A stretch of DNA of 64,000 bases from Eledone cirrhosa (taxonomy: Eukaryota). Both the position numbers and the translations under genes were made by a program. Under the pieces are notes generated by a model, which was not told the origin of the DNA, made no database searches, and worked only from the letters and a program-made list of their open reading frames with translations. How positions within the stretch are numbered: position 1 is the first letter of the stretch; each line of letters starts with the position of its first letter. Positions 37,461-52,187 of the stretch are shown piece by piece. The DNA is taken from the NCBI GenBank assembly GCA_964016885.1, contig OZ024740.1:322214001-322278000 (forward strand). Reading direction: 5' to 3'.

Positions 37461-37734
37461 TGGAACATCGCCCAGTTTTATATAATGTTGTCCTAGATAT
37501 GTTTCCATCACAGAAAATAATCAAAACTTATATCTAACAGAATTACAATGATAATCACTGAAAAATTATTGCTTTTGAGATTCAACTTACCATTTATCCA
37601 TTTTGATACTAAACCATCTTAAACAACATCTGATTCTATAATACAAAACTGCTTGTAACTTCATGTTAGCTAATATGCAAGGGGTTGAGTATGTGAATAT
37701 GTGTGACATCCGAATGAGTATCCTCCGTCTCCAA

Positions 37735-37985
37735 CTAATTTACCCTCCATCTCTTTGTCCCAGCTGACAGGATGGAAAATACATTGCCATATAGGATGGC
37801 GAGAGAGACACACTGGAACAGCCACTCCATCTCTTGGGGATCACACCTGTGGGCAGCCAACTCTGCTCCGATAACAGTGAGTAAGGATGTGGTCCAAGGG
37901 CCAAGAATGTCGAAAGTCTCCACTGCTATAGGCAAACCTATCAGAGAGTGGCTCATACTTGGACAGTTTGCCTTCATCAGCCTGG
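37735..37985 (-). mobile_element. C-terminal fragment of a CRE-like (restriction-like endonuclease) non-LTR retrotransposon
   Basis: PIAVETF..LGP..IG.EL....D.QE.EWLFQ.VSLAI..GN..SI pattern, typical of CRE-clade ORF ends. Confidence 0.6.
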
Positions 37986-38029
37986 TGGGCAGTAGAGCCT
38001 GGGCTGGTAGCTAAATGCTTGTTGTAAAG

Positions 38030-39585
38030 TGTTTAACCTTCCATTATAATTTTACGTAAGAAAATGTTAACTTATTTTTCAAACACCATCTTAACTTCAA
38101 GAAAGTTAGTTATATTATTAATCCTTCCAAATTCTTAATTAATGTATTTAGATTTGCCTAAAAACTTCCATGATAGTCTTATGTAAATACCTTTGTTAAG
38201 TTATGCTCCAAATACCAGCTAAATAATAAGGAAGTTAGTTATATTGTTAAGCCCATCCAAATTCTTTATTATTTTCATGATTATTTGAAAACCATAGGCA
38301 GTGTATTTCATAAAATGTATGGTAACAAAAGGATCAAATGTTGGCATGTCTCAAATGTAATAAACCAAGTTTTAAGAAACCAAACAAAACATAACATACA
38401 TAGATGTCACTTAGTTTGAAGACAAAAGTATGTATTGGATAATTAACCCTTTCATTGCCATATTTCTAATGAAAGACAATGTCTATAATTTTCAAATAAT
38501 TTAAACTAGGCATTGGGCCTTTCACCTTCTCCCCTTCCCCATCTCTTTCTTCCATTGCTTAATACTTTTTGCTGTTTCCCTTACTTTTCTTCTCATTTAT
38601 GGCATTTATAGTCCTTTCCTTTACTTTCCTATACAACCAGATCTGCCTTTTTTTACCCCTCCTCCTTTTTTTTTCATTGTTCATATAATTAATTATGAAA
38701 ACTTAAATTATTTACAAAAGAAACAAATCATTAAAAAAAGATTAAGTAATCAAGAATTTGAAGGGATTTAGCAATATAACTTTCTCTTTTATGGTCTAGT
38801 GTTTGGAATATAACTTAATAAAGGTTCTTGCTTAAAATTATCAAATGTTTTTAGATAAATGTAAATTAAAATTCCTTTTGTTACCATATATCAAATGAAA
38901 AACACTGCCTATGATTTTCGGATTATTTTGAAAATAATCAAGAAATTGAACAGTTCTAACAACAACCCTGAGCACCTTTTTGAATTCCATATGTCAAACA
39001 CTGGTGGACATGCTTACAAAATCAGATAACAGTACAGTTCCCATGACTTTAAGAAACATTTTTTCATGCACAGAGGTGCTGAAGTATGGAACAAACTACC
39101 TGCATCAGTTGTTAGCTGTTGGGACACTGCATCCTTGAAAACTGCCATCCTTCCTGAAGTTCGCCAACACTACACCTGATATTCCCCCTCCATACACACA
39201 TACACATGTGTGTATGCCTGTGTGTATATCATGACTCATACATTATTCATTTTCCTGGCATTTGTACATTATTTTATGTATTATACAAGCACCTTTGATG
39301 AGTTGTAGTACACCTGAACACTGTACAAAATCATTTTCATTATTACATTATTATTATTATTTTAAAAACGCTGCCTATGATTTTCAAATTATTTTGGAAA
39401 TAATCAAGAAATTGAACAGATTTAGTAATATAACTAACTTTCTCATTATTAAGCTGGTGTTTGGAACATAACAAAGGTTCTTACATAAGATAATGATGAA
39501 AGATTTTTAGATAAAAACAAACACTTTAAAATACACAGTATTGTATTATAGAACCATGGATGGTTTAAGTATCGAAAGAGTAAAG
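38030..39585. mobile_element. Cluster of degenerate TTAA-CCC MITE fragments with a nested CR1 3' fragment (38963-39360 +)
   Basis: Repeated TGTTTGGAA.ATAAC and CTGCCTATGATTTTC segments; CR1 WNKLP end and (ATT)n. Confidence 0.65.
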
Positions 39586-39825
39586 AAACTGAGATTACAA
39601 GATTTATCTTTCGTAAAGACACTAGTCCATTCCACAGTTAACTCTTATCTGCTGTTGGTAATCGTCTTCAACTAAGTAGATTGGAATAAAATTAAATGAA
39701 GTGCCTTGCTCAAGGAGACAACATACAACCTAACATAAGGATTGAACCCACAACCATAAGACCCTAACCACAAGGCCACAAGTGTCTACATAAGAAGACT
39801 TATTTATTTATCTGTATTTTATTAG

Positions 39826-39933
39826 AATTGATATAAACTGGAGTAAAATGTCAGGAATTTCCCTGGAATCTTCTAAAACTAATAGAAAATGGTTTCACTT
39901 AGTCACTAGTTACCGTTATCTCCACACTTGTAG
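39826..39933 (+). CDS. Candidate internal coding exon (IDINWSKMSGISLESSKTNRKWFHLVTSYRYLHTC)
   Basis: Acceptor tctgtattttattag, donor TAG/gtattt, 108 nt (phase 2-2), only one open frame, non-repetitive. Confidence 0.4.
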
Positions 39934-40560
39934 GTATTTTATTACACATACATGCACACATATACACTCACACACACACACACATACGTGCACACACTGT
40001 GTATATAGTTGACTGGTGTTCTCATATAATCTTTATATATACACACTGTATCTCTCCTTCACCCCCTCTTCTTCATCACTCCCGCTTCCCTCTCTCTCTA
40101 TATATATATATCATCACCATCATCAATATCATCATCATTATTTTTACGTCCACATTACCGTGTTGGCATGGATTGGACAGGATGTTTTGAGACATTGTTT
40201 TACAGCTGGATGTCTTTTCTGAAACCAGCTCCCATTTAGTAGCTTCTTATGGTGTGTAGGGATACAGTGAATCTATTCTAAAAACTGGGAATACGTATGA
40301 ATTTAGATATATACATATATATACATCATTATCATCACCGTTTAATGTCCATTTTCCCATACTATCTTGGGTTAGATGAGCTGTCTCATTGTGAGACAAA
40401 TCAGATCAGGTGACCATGTCTTACCCATACAGAACTATTTTTGGGATTAGTTTCTACGGCTCGATGCCCTTCCTAACACCAACCTCATAGTGTGTACTGG
40501 GTGCTTTTTGTCATGACTCCAACACGACCAGTTTACATTGTGGATCAGAGGGTGGGTGGG

Positions 40561-40614
<54 letters not shown>

Positions 40615-40654
40615 TATATATATATATATAAATACTTACATATATAGAGAGAGC

Positions 40655-41200
40655 TTGCTGCCATTGTGCAGTGCAACTCCGCAAGGAACAAGTTTAGGCA
40701 GCTTCTTCCAATCCTCGAGACATGTTGGCTGCCATGGCTGTCACCAGTTTAACGGGGATCAGATTTACAATGCCTGTGTGAGAAGCATGTTGGTCCATGC
40801 CAGTGAGACCTGGGCCATATCATCCTACTGTCTGAATCGGCTCAAAAGAAATGACAGCTATAATCTGCTGGATATGCAGTATGACCACTGAGGGTGATGT
40901 CAGCTCAACTGAGCTCCTGAAAAGACTACTGACCGACAAACTCGAGAATGTGCTTCACACAAAACGCATGCATTGGTACGGCCATGTCGAGCACAGTGAG
41001 GGCTGGATTAGCAAAATGATGAATCCAGGAGGCAGTAGAGGCCCAGGAAGACCAAAAAGGACTTGGATGGGTGATGTCCATCAGGATCAAACTAGCTTGG
41101 CCTGGCCTAGGAGGGACCACTGGATAGAAACACATAGAGCGTGACACACCCCTACTTAGGGATTAATTATGTCCTACATCATCAAAAACTGGATGATGAT
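40655..41200 (+). mobile_element. RTE LINE 3' fragment, third subfamily
   Basis: IYNACVRSMLVHASETW..WYGHV..GRPKRTW. Confidence 0.88.
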
Positions 41201-41423
41201 GATATATAGTTTATATTGATATTACACTTCTGGTTGAGTTACCATCAGTTTTTCCTGATGATCACAATTTGTCTATCATTATGGCACATAAGACACACAT
41301 TATTCTAGACTGTCTACCATTGCTACAGGTGTGTAAGAGATAGATAGACAGACTGACAGACATACAGACAGTCATCCAGACAGACAGACAAACAGACAGA
41401 CAAACAGACAAACAGACACATAG

Positions 41424-41482
<59 letters not shown>

Positions 41483-41505
41483 TTGATAGGTATATAGATA
41501 GATAT

Positions 41506-44500
41506 CGTTCTTTATTTGCCACAGGGGCGTACAAAAATGGGACATTACAAGACGTGACGGCGGGGGTTTTACATAAAATCTTTAACAATGATAAATAACA
41601 ATAAACTATATAAAAATAAAACAATTGAAATACCCATTAGGGGGGGGGGGGGGTTGTAACGTTACTGCGGGGTTGTTTTACACCCCATGGATAGAACAAC
41701 CCTCAACACCAGGAACACGTTTTCTAGGTGTTCCTGTCTTCCCTCTGTTTATCTTCCTCAACTTACAGGTTTATATACAGAGAAGGCCCATTCACTCGGG
41801 CCATTTTCGCTACATTCACCCACCTTTCAGTGAATTTACTGGGGTGTAGCACCTCTCTCTCTCCACTCTCACCTTCCTTCTGAAGTGGTACTTAAAGAAG
41901 GGGATAAGTTGTTGTCCGGAGAGAAGGGTACTTGTCATCAGTCCTTTTAACCTCGTCCACCATATTACCTCTTTCGCCATAGCCACCAGACAAAAGAAGA
42001 CCGCCTCTCCTTCATTCTTAAATGAAAGCGGCGGGGTGATCCTCTCGATGGACTCGGCTGACAACCGGGTGCGTCCCACACGTGACAGTAGCTGTTCGAC
42101 ATAATTCCACAGGTCGGTCACCCCGGGACACTGAAAAGTTGCGTGCAGAACGGTTTCGATGTCCCGCTCGCATCTTGGACAGGTCTTTTTGGCAGGATCT
42201 CTGCCAGGGCGTCCGTGCCTGTAGATTTTGTCTCGAAGTGGTAGACCTTCTCGGTAGCACTGCCAGGCCAGAGACCTCTGGAAGTTATCCATGGGCCCTG
42301 GACGGAAAGTCCTCCTGAACAGACTGGTCAGTTCGTCTTCCTCGATGCCTAGAGTTTCCCCGAGAACATTGTTGCATTTATCCTTCACTAATCCTCTATA
42401 GAATGTCGAAGTGGAGTCTCCGCTGATTGCCGTTTCCGCTTGGTAGAGGGCTGTGAGCGCCTGAAGGCACTCGAGGTGCCAGGCGCCCATTTTCGGTCTT
42501 TGCTTGACCCAGGACTGCAGCTCTGTTAGTGAGACAAATTGTGGAAGAGCTCGTCTCACAAACGACAGCCACACCGTTTCGCCGGTCAGGAACACCTGGC
42601 GATGCGTGTTTGCGCATTATCAGCCACGGCATGCCCAGCCCTGCATTAGAAGGGTGTTGACAGCAGATGGATCTCCTCACCAATGGAGCCTGTTTCTTCT
42701 AGAGGAACTTGAAGAGTAGGTGTTCCATTTTGGTGAGGTATTCGGGGGAACAAGGCACGACTGTCAAGCAGTAGTAGATGACAGACACTATGTAAGTGTT
42801 CGCCACCTCCGCTCGACCTTTCAAGGAGAGTTTGCACTCAGCCCACTTCTGGGTGAGTGCAAACACCTTCGCCGTAACCTTGTTCCAGTTCTTGTCCACC
42901 TGGAGGTCTGGACCGAACCAGACCCCGAGCAATTTCACCAGTCCTTCCGTCCAGCGTCAAACGACACTGTCGGAAGGCATGGGTTTGCCTCTCCATGTGC
43001 CGAGTTGCAAACCGACAGTCTTGCTCCTGTCAACGTTTCGTATTCCTGTAATAGGTTGCCAATTACCCCGATGTCCAAGGTTTTCGACACCATTACGGTT
43101 ATGTCATCGACATAGGCCGATGCTGCTTTCCGCAGTCCTGGTTCAATCGGGATGCCCTGTAACAGCTCCAGCTTCCACAGTAATGGCTCGAGAGTCAGTA
43201 CATACAGAATGGAGGAAAGAGGGCACTCCTGACGGATGGAACACATGATTTGGAATGGCTCTGATAGGTAGCCATTCACCTTGACTGCCGAGCAGATGCT
43301 GGTGTGCATGGCAGCGATCCAGCCTCTGAAGACGGGACCAAAGCCGGCCGCCTTGAGAACCGCTTCCAAGTATTGATGGTTGACCCTATCAAATGCCTTA
43401 GTCTGATCTAAATTGATCAGAGCTCCACCGAAGCCAGGTTTATACCCTACCCTCTCTATGATGTATCACATGAGGTGGAGGTTGTTGTGTATGGACCTGG
43501 TCGGGATTGCACACGTTTGTGCTTCCCCTACCAGATTCTCGACGACAAGCGCCAGCCTCGCTGCTAACACCTTGGCCAAAATCTTTAACTCTGTGCTGAG
43601 CAGAGTAGAATTGTTTATCTCATCCTCCTTGTTCTCATCTTTCCTGATCAGCGTTACTACACCTCTGCCTACAGAACAGGGAATCCTTCCGTTCTGCTGC
43701 CAGTTGCAGTAGACCACTTCGAGGACGCCAGAGAACAAGTCTAGCATGCCTCTATAAAACTCATCGGGTAGACCATCTAAACCGGGCGCTTTGTGTTTCC
43801 CACAGCGGCCTAGGGCATCTTCTATTTTGCCCGCTGTGATCGGCCTTTTGCAGCTCTCCGCATCCGTGTTCGAGAGTCATGGTACGCCGTCGAAGTAGGA
43901 GCTGAAGTCTATCACCTCCCTTGACGTACCGCTTTGCCTGAACAGTTGTGCAAAATGCTGTTGGAAGGCCGTGCACATCTGCTTGGATTCAAGTAGAATG
44001 TGTCCATCTTTGTCTTGCAAGGACCGAATTGTGGATTTGTTGCCACTTTTCGCCTCTGCCACTCGGGCCCAGCTAACAGCTTTGGCTCCCTCATTTCTTA
44101 AAGCACGTGTTCTACTTCTGACAAAACAACCTTCGTGTTTCACGTTGAAGAACTGGTCTAGTGCCGTTCTCGCCACTAGTATGTCAGCTGTACTGCCATT
44201 CCTAAGGGCCTCTTCTACTTTAGCTACCAGTTCCTTTTCGGTTTTGTTTTTTTCTAAAGCTACTTCCTTGCTAAATGCTATCGATTCTATTCTAATTGCT
44301 CTCTTGAGAGAGCTCCACCACCTGTTGTTGACGATCGCCTCCATCAACTGGCACTTAACTAAGGTGCTAATCCGTTTACTGTAGGCCTTACGCGCCGGAA
44401 GCGACATGTTTAGCTTCCAGTATCCGGGTCCCTGTCTATGTGTTCTATCAAGGTTGACTACGCAGGTGACTAATTTGTGGTCTGAATAGGCAACCATGTG

Positions 44501-44852
44501 CATTTGTGGACAGCTTAATGTTTCCTTATCTTTATGTCTAATTAAAAATCTATCTAAATACGATCTAGAAGACCCAGTGCGGTTGCTCCACGTCCACAGT
44601 GGTACACTTGGGAAGTCTAGTCAATATCTATCAACCAGTTGGAATTGGCTGATGAGATTTTTGAGGCTATTACACACCCCTCTATTATCACAAGCTCCTA
44701 CATAGTCCCAACATTCATCTAAGATGCCATTCCAGTCCCCCGCTAACACTAAGGAGCGAGACGTTCCCAGGAATGGCTCCAGACGCTTGAAGAACTCTGG
44801 TCGCGATGTCCCAGTCGGGGCATATACGGCCACCAGTCTGAAAGCTCCACCT
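41506..44852 (-). mobile_element. Tx1/L1-clade LINE ORF2 (APE-RT-CCHC), degenerate, 5'-truncated
   Basis: VYAP, GDWN, SDH, GPGYWKLN, VTLIRK, YVDDITV, LLGVWFG, CPRC..ETVLH..FQC; both ends abut (GATA)n. Confidence 0.93.
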
Positions 44853-45019
44853 ATAGATAGATAAATAGATAATTAGATAGACAGACAGACAGACAAACAG
44901 ATATATAGATAGACATACATAGATAAAGATTAGTATAGTGTGTTACATCTTTGCAGTTGTTTTGGATTTGTTCAAGAATGAGAAAATATTTTTAGATACA
45001 ATGTCACATGTATCAATAT

Positions 45020-46086
45020 AGTCATCATCAGCAGCAGCAGCAACATTGCCATTATCATTAAAATCATCACTATCATCATCATCATCATCATCACCATGAT
45101 GATTATCATCATCAGTATCATCATCATCATAATCACCATGATCATCCTTGCAATTATCATCATCACCATCATCATCATCATTATCATCATCACCATCATA
45201 ATCATCATTGGCATTATCATTGTTACCATTTTCATTATCGTCATCATCATATTATCATTAGCATAGTCATCACCTTCCACACCACCAGAACCACCACCAC
45301 CACCACCACCACCGCCATCATCACCACCACCACCACCACTACCATCACCATTACCACCACTACCACCACCACCAACACCACCACCAATACCACCACCACC
45401 ACCACCACTACAATCACCACTACCACCACCACCACCATCATCACCACCACCACCACCACTACCACTACCATCACCACCACCAACACCACCACCACCACCA
45501 CCACTACCAACACCACTACCACCACCACCACCACCATCATCATCACCACCACCACCACTACCATCACCACTACCACCACCACCACCACCATCATCATCAT
45601 CACCACCACCACCACCACCACCACTACAATCACCACTACCACCATCATCATCACCACCGCCACCACTACCATCACCACCACCACCATCACCACTACCACC
45701 ACCACCACCACCACCACCATCACCACCACCACCACCACTACCAACACCACTACCACCACCACCACCACCACCACCATCATCATCACCACCACCACCACTA
45801 CCATCACCACTACCACCACCACCAACATCATCATCACCACCACCACCACTACCAACACCACTACCACCACCACCACCACCACCACCACCATCATTATCAC
45901 CACCACCACCACTACCATCACCACTACCACCACCACCACCACCATCATCACCACCACCACCACCACCACTACCATCACCACTACCACCACCACCACCACC
46001 ATCATCACCACCACCACCACCACTACCATCACCATCACCACCACCACTACCACTACCATCACCACCACCACTACCACCACCACCAC
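45020..46086. repeat. (CAT)n grading into (CAC)n compound trinucleotide tract
   Basis: About 1.07 kb of CAT/CAC/TAC triplets. Confidence 0.95.
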
Positions 46087-46172
46087 TGTATTCAGACAGT
46101 TTGGTATACAACATGTTGCCACTTGATGAGATTCTTGTTTTCCATCAGCACACCACTCCATGCCCCCATTTC

Positions 46173-46209
<37 letters not shown>

Positions 46210-46260
46210 TATAGATATGTACATTTACATATGAATATGTGTCTGTATATATATATATAT

Positions 46261-46298
<38 letters not shown>

Positions 46299-46381
46299 TA
46301 TACATACATATATATATATATAATATATATATATATACAGACATATTCATATGTAAATGTACATATCTATATATCTATCTA

Positions 46382-46417
<36 letters not shown>

Positions 46418-46721
46418 CGTGTGTGTGTATGTATATATATCTCTATATATATGTATATATATCTCTATATATATGTATATATATCTATATTGACATATAT
46501 ATATATATACATGCACACACATATACAGATAGATATCTATATAAATGTGTATGAGCGTGATGCGTATGTGTATATAAAGAATACATACACCACTTATCGC
46601 AATCCTTTAACGACGATTAGATTGAGATCTGGTCTCTTTACTTAACACACACATAATACAGCTATCTATCTATCTACTTATCTATCTATCTATCTATATG
46701 TTTGTCTCTCTATCTATCTAT

Positions 46722-47175
46722 CACTTTAGAAGGAGAATCAGAGTGGAGAGAGAGGCACTGCACCCCAGTAAATTTACTGAAAGGTGGGTGAATGTGGCAA
46801 AAATGGCCCGAGTGATTGGTCCTTCTCTGTATATAAGCCTGTAGGTTAAAGAAGAAAGCAAAAGGAAGAAAGGAGAACTTGCATAACACGCTCCTGAAGT
46901 TGAGGGTTGTTCTATCGACGGGGTATTAAACAACCCATTTGTGACGCTTCCCCCCTATTGGGGATTTCGATTGTTATAATTGTTTGTTTTATATTTTTCT
47001 ACACGACTGTATGTAAAATCCCCGGCATGTCTTTGTATTGTCCCCTTTACTTGTGCGCCCTTGTGGCAAATAAAGAAATCTATCTATTTATCTATCTATC
47101 TATTTATTTGTCTAACCCCCACTGCCACGTCTTGTAATGTCCCATTTTTGTACGCCCTTGTGGCAAATAAAGAAT
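46722..47175 (+). mobile_element. Two Tx1-family 3' fragments in (TATC)n
   Basis: Match the reverse complement of 41506-41890; end in GTGGCAAATAAAGAA followed by (TATC)n. Confidence 0.9.
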
Positions 47176-47215
47176 CTTATCTATCTATCTACTTATCTAT
47201 CTATCTATCAATCTA

Positions 47216-47263
<48 letters not shown>

Positions 47264-48244
47264 CCTCTCTATCTATCTGTCTGTCTGTCTGTCTGTCTGG
47301 TCTGTCTGTGTATGCATGTATATATCTGTGTATGCATGTATATATGTTGTTTTGTCTATCTGATCTCTCTCTCTCTCTCTCTCTCCATCTATCTATCTAT
47401 TACCTATCTCTCTCTTCTATCTATCTATCTATCAATCTATATATACATACATACATATATATATATATATGTATATATACATACAGTGACAGAGAGAAAC
47501 TGATGTACATGATTACTTATGTGTGTATGTCTCTATTTAAAGACACAATACTCCACTTGAGTCAAATGTCCATACACAATTAAATCTGCTGCATTACATA
47601 GAATCACCACTTGTATAATATATATTCTATATGTACATTGTTGCACTTGCATCTGATGTGCAACATACTGCAATTGCATCACTAGCAACACAGTATTTCA
47701 CACAAATAACTCTCTAAGTGTATGCAGTAATATACCGAGTAGAGTTGCACTATAAATGCTTTTATACATATATACATACATACATACATACATACATAAA
47801 TACATACAGATATGTATATACATATATATATAAGCATATAGGTGTATATAAACATATATGTATGTGTGTGTGTGTGTATAAATATGAAGGATAACAGCTG
47901 CATAAAGAAATGCAGAACAATTGCAGTGGCTGGAATCCAAAGAAAAGGCTGACCCACCAAGACATGGGATGAGATAGTGAAGAGTGAGTGACCTTAAGAA
48001 ACTAAGCCTCACAATTGAGATGACCATGGATTATACATATATATATATATATATATAGTATTTACGTATCGAGAAAGAGAGAAAAAGGAGGGATAGGTGA
48101 TACATATAGTTATTTGCCAAGTAGCGTATGCCAAAGGTGCTCGATACTAGTGCCGGCAGTATTAAATATTCGAAGTGTTAATATTTAGTGGGCTAGAGAG
48201 TTAGCATGTTTTAACGGTCTATTCTCCGATTTTTACTTTCCCAC

Positions 48245-48271
<27 letters not shown>

Positions 48272-48278
<7 letters not shown>

Positions 48279-48593
48279 GTTTGTATTTGTAAAGCCAAAA
48301 CAATGCAGGTATGGACATAGAATAAAAATGCAAATGCAAAAGATATTGTTGACAATTAGTCTTTTACCTTAAATTTATTTAAATGTCCTTAATTTTCGAG
48401 ATAATATCTCTTCTTAACCGCTTAAGATAATATCTCTTCTTCTTAACCGAAGAAGAGATATTATCTCGAAAATTAAGGACATTTAAATAAATCTAAGGTA
48501 AAAGACTAATTGTCAACAATATCTTTTGCATTTGCATTTTTATTCTATGTCCATACCTGCATTGTTTTGGCTTTACAAATACAAACGTTTATA
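48272..48593. repeat. Fold-back inverted repeat (arms ~140 bp) centred on a minimal HHR relic (48447-48478)
   Basis: Near-perfect arms; CCGAAGA-A-GAGAT-ATT-ATCTC-GAAAA-TTA-AGG, then AATAAA. Confidence 0.88.
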
Positions 48594-48628
48594 CCTCATT
48601 ACACAATGCTTCAAGTGAACTATAACTT

Positions 48629-48666
<38 letters not shown>

Positions 48667-49314
48667 TTACACAATTCATCCATCTTTACTGTTGAATCCT
48701 GCTGGTGGTGTGGGAACAGAGTAAACCTGGCCACTGAAATGTATATAGTGTTCGCAGAAATAAAACTTTGAAGGAATTTCACCATTCCAGCCTCCTGTCT
48801 TTTTACTCAATAATATATATATATATATATGTATATATTTTATTAATATTATCATTATGCCTTTCATCCTTACGGGGTCGATAAAATAAAGTACCAGTAA
48901 TACACTGGGATAATTGCTGGCCTAGTGCCTAAAGTAGAAACAATTATTAATACCTTCAGTTTTTTTGTTTAATCAGATTACTTTTAACATCATTTTCCAT
49001 TTATTGTAGCTGGAAATCATTTGACTATTCTAAAAGAATATTAGTCTCTTGATTTTTTCATCACAAAAATGTTTTTTCCATCACGTGATTATTATTGCAT
49101 GTATTTCGCCCATCACAAGAGAATATCTTCGCATACCATCGTTATGTCTTCCAGTTTTCTAAAGGCAATATTTGGTCATAACATTTTTTGAAATATTTAC
49201 TTCTGCGTCTACAGATTGATTTTTTTCAGTTTCAGATCCCTTATAGGGTGAAAGCAGAAATTCTTTGCTTAAACTTTAATCTGTACTAATAATAAATATT
49301 TGCTCTAGGGATGT

Positions 49315-49316
49315 AT

Positions 49317-49349
<33 letters not shown>

Positions 49350-49866
49350 GTTTAACGTCCATCTTCCACGCTTGCATGGGTTTGGACGGGAGTTTTCCCA
49401 CTTGAGGCAAGAGTGGTTGTCTTGCTCGCATAGGACTGTCTGGCGGGTTTTCTACGGCTGGATGCCCTTCCTAACACCAACCACGTTTACAGTGTGGACT
49501 GGGAGGTTTTTACCGTGTTACCTACACGGCCACATTACAGCATGGACTGTGTGTTTTTTTTGTCGTGACACCTACACGACCTCATTTGTTTCGGACTGGA
49601 TGTTGTGGTACCAACATAACTTTACATTGAAAGGGGTGGTGTGGATGGGGTGGGGGTAGTGGGACGAGGGTGTATTTTTGTTAGAGGTGCCTACTGACTG
49701 TAGTAGGTTTCACTTTGTACTTAGGTAAGGCGGGTCATCTGTATTACTGTGTAGCGCCAAAGATCTCGGTCCAGTGACATTGTCTTGGAGAGGTGTAAGT
49801 GAGTGAGGTCGGAATTTATCAAGTCGTCCCAGGTTTTTCTGGGTCTGCCTGGAAAAACCTGGGACA
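49315..49866 (-). mobile_element. RTE LINE 3' end and UTR
   Basis: GRPRKTWDDLINSDL; short inverted duplication at the truncation point (49826-49866). Confidence 0.9.
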
Positions 49867-50264
49867 ATTTGTATATATATTTATATATACAATCCTTATC
49901 GATCCCTCTTCGGATTTTGGTCTTTGTATTTATTATTACTTTATATATATACATATATATATGTATGTATCATCATCACCGTTTTACGTCCATTATTCCA
50001 CGCAGGCATGGGTTAGACAGGTTGTCTTGTTGTGAGCAGTGTCCGGTCGGCTGACCTTGTCTTGCTCATATGGGAACTGATTCTGGCTTGGTTTCTACAG
50101 CTGGATGCCCTTCCTAACACCAACCTCATTTACAGAGAGTGCTGGGTGCTTTTTTTTCGTAGCGCCTACTCGTCCACTTTACAGTGTGGGCTAGGTGCTT
50201 TTTTGCCATGGCACCTCCACGACCAATTTGCAGTGGGAGGGGGTGGGGCATATTGTCTATATGC

Positions 50265-50996
50265 TTTAGCTTCGGCTTGTATCCATGGGAAGTTGGGTCT
50301 TCTGTATTACTGCGTGACGCCAGAGGTCACAGTCCTGTGTCATTGCCTTTAAGAGGTGCAATTGGGTAAGATCGGCTTTTATCATCTCATCCCAGATCTT
50401 CTTGGGTCTCCTCACTCTGCGGCTTCTATCGACTTCTGGTTCTCTGCACCTTTTTATGCAGCTGTCATCCTTCATACGCATCACATGTCCATACCAACAC
50501 AACCTCTTCTCCTGCACACAGCATTTGATTCCTCTTATGCTCAGTCTCTCTCTCAATTTGTTTATGCTTTGCCGTTCGCGTATATTACTATTACACATCC
50601 ATCGGAGCATGCAGGCTTCGTTTCTTTCTAATCTACGTAATTCTTCTACAGACAGCGCCCAGGTCTCACTACCATGTAACATTGCTGTTTGTATACACGC
50701 ATCATAGAGTCTGCCTTTCATTTTGAGGGAAAAGCCATTTGCAACTAGCAGTGGCAGTAGCTCCCTGAACTTCTTCCATCCCATTCTTACCCTTGTTATT
50801 GTACTTTCCAAACACCCACCTCCACTGCTAATTCGGTCACCTAGTTAGCAGAAGCTGTCTACTGTTTCTACAGAGCCCTCCCAGAGTTTGGTGGTGCTTG
50901 TTTCCTGTGGCTGCTTGCTGCTTGCTGTCCCAGCGCAGCTGCTACATTCTTAGCTAAGCTTCCTGAGATCCCACTACATCTCTTGTGTACCCATTG

Positions 50997-50997
<1 letters not shown>
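50265..50997 (-). mobile_element. RTE LINE 3' fragment
   Basis: ORF 50266-50811 encodes the RTE C-terminus; WVHKRC remnant. Confidence 0.9.
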
Positions 50998-51058
<61 letters not shown>

Positions 51059-51074
51059 CATTATTTACATGAAC

Positions 51075-51965
51075 TACATGAACAGGATAGACATGCACAG
51101 CTGGATTGGAAGTAGTATCACAACTGGTGGGTCTAAAATCACTTGGCTGGAATTTGAAGACGACATGGTGTTACTCAACTCAAAAGAAGATGATGTTTGA
51201 TTTGCACTTGATAGGTTTGATGCCAAGTGCTTCATGGCTGGAATGAAATCAGTGCTGCAAAAACTGAGACACTCATCCTCTCAAGGAAGCCTGCGCAATG
51301 CACCCTACATGTGAATGGAGTTCCACTGAAGTGGAGTTCCAGAGAAGTTCCAGAGAAGTTCAAGTACCTCAACTCCATGTTCCCAAATGATTGAAGTCAG
51401 GAGGTTGAATTATGTGCAAGAATTGCAAAAGCTGGTGCAGTAATGTGCCAGCTTCAGCATTCAGTAATCAGAAGAAGGGAGGTAGGCATAAAAGCCAAAC
51501 TCGCTGTCTTCAATTTGGTTTTTGTGCCAGCCTTTAATTATGGTCATGAATCTTAGGTAGTGACCGAAAGAATACAATTGCAAATACAAGCAGCCAAAAT
51601 GGGGTTCCTCTGAAGGGCCTTTGGAGTAACGTTACTCGATAAAGTGCATAGCACAGAGATCAGAGAGTCACTCCAGGTAGAGCCGCTACTTCTCTAAATT
51701 GAGAGATCACAGCTCTGATACTATGGGCATGTGGTTAGAATGTCTCGGGAAAGAATCACTGGACAGATTTTATGGGCTAAACCAACTGGCTGGAAACCCA
51801 GGGATAGACCCTGGCAAGATAGTTGGATAACATCCATGAGCTTGGCTGGTCCTGCTTGGGATCCAGCCAGATCAGTTGGAGACAGTTACTTCTGACAAAA
51901 CCCGCTGGAAGGAGTGTTTGAAGACTCTGCCCCCACGACCCTCTCAGAAATAAGTGGGTGAAGAA
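51075..51965 (+). mobile_element. Divergent RTE-type LINE RT 3' half, pseudogenised
   Basis: LEFEDDMVL (RT DD motif), KFKYL, YGHES, YYGHVVRM, GWKPRDRP remnants. Confidence 0.8.
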
Positions 51966-52187
51966 AAGAAGATGTATATATATATATATATATGTTTTGA
52001 ATAATCAAAATAAAACAAAGGGCAAAGATAGGTTCTTAATTAGTTTATTGTTTTACGATTGTTTCAGAGGGTTGATTGATCATTATCCCGCCGAGGTTAA
52101 CTTTGCTTTCATCCTTATGAGGTTGATAAAATAAAGTACCAGTAATGCGCTGGGATAATTGCTCTGTATATATATATATATATATAT

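Noticed and set aside
44972-46161. 380-aa Gly-rich and 304-aa Val-rich ORFs
   Set aside because: By-products of a stop-free (CAC/CAT)n tract; no unique domain or convincing splice context.
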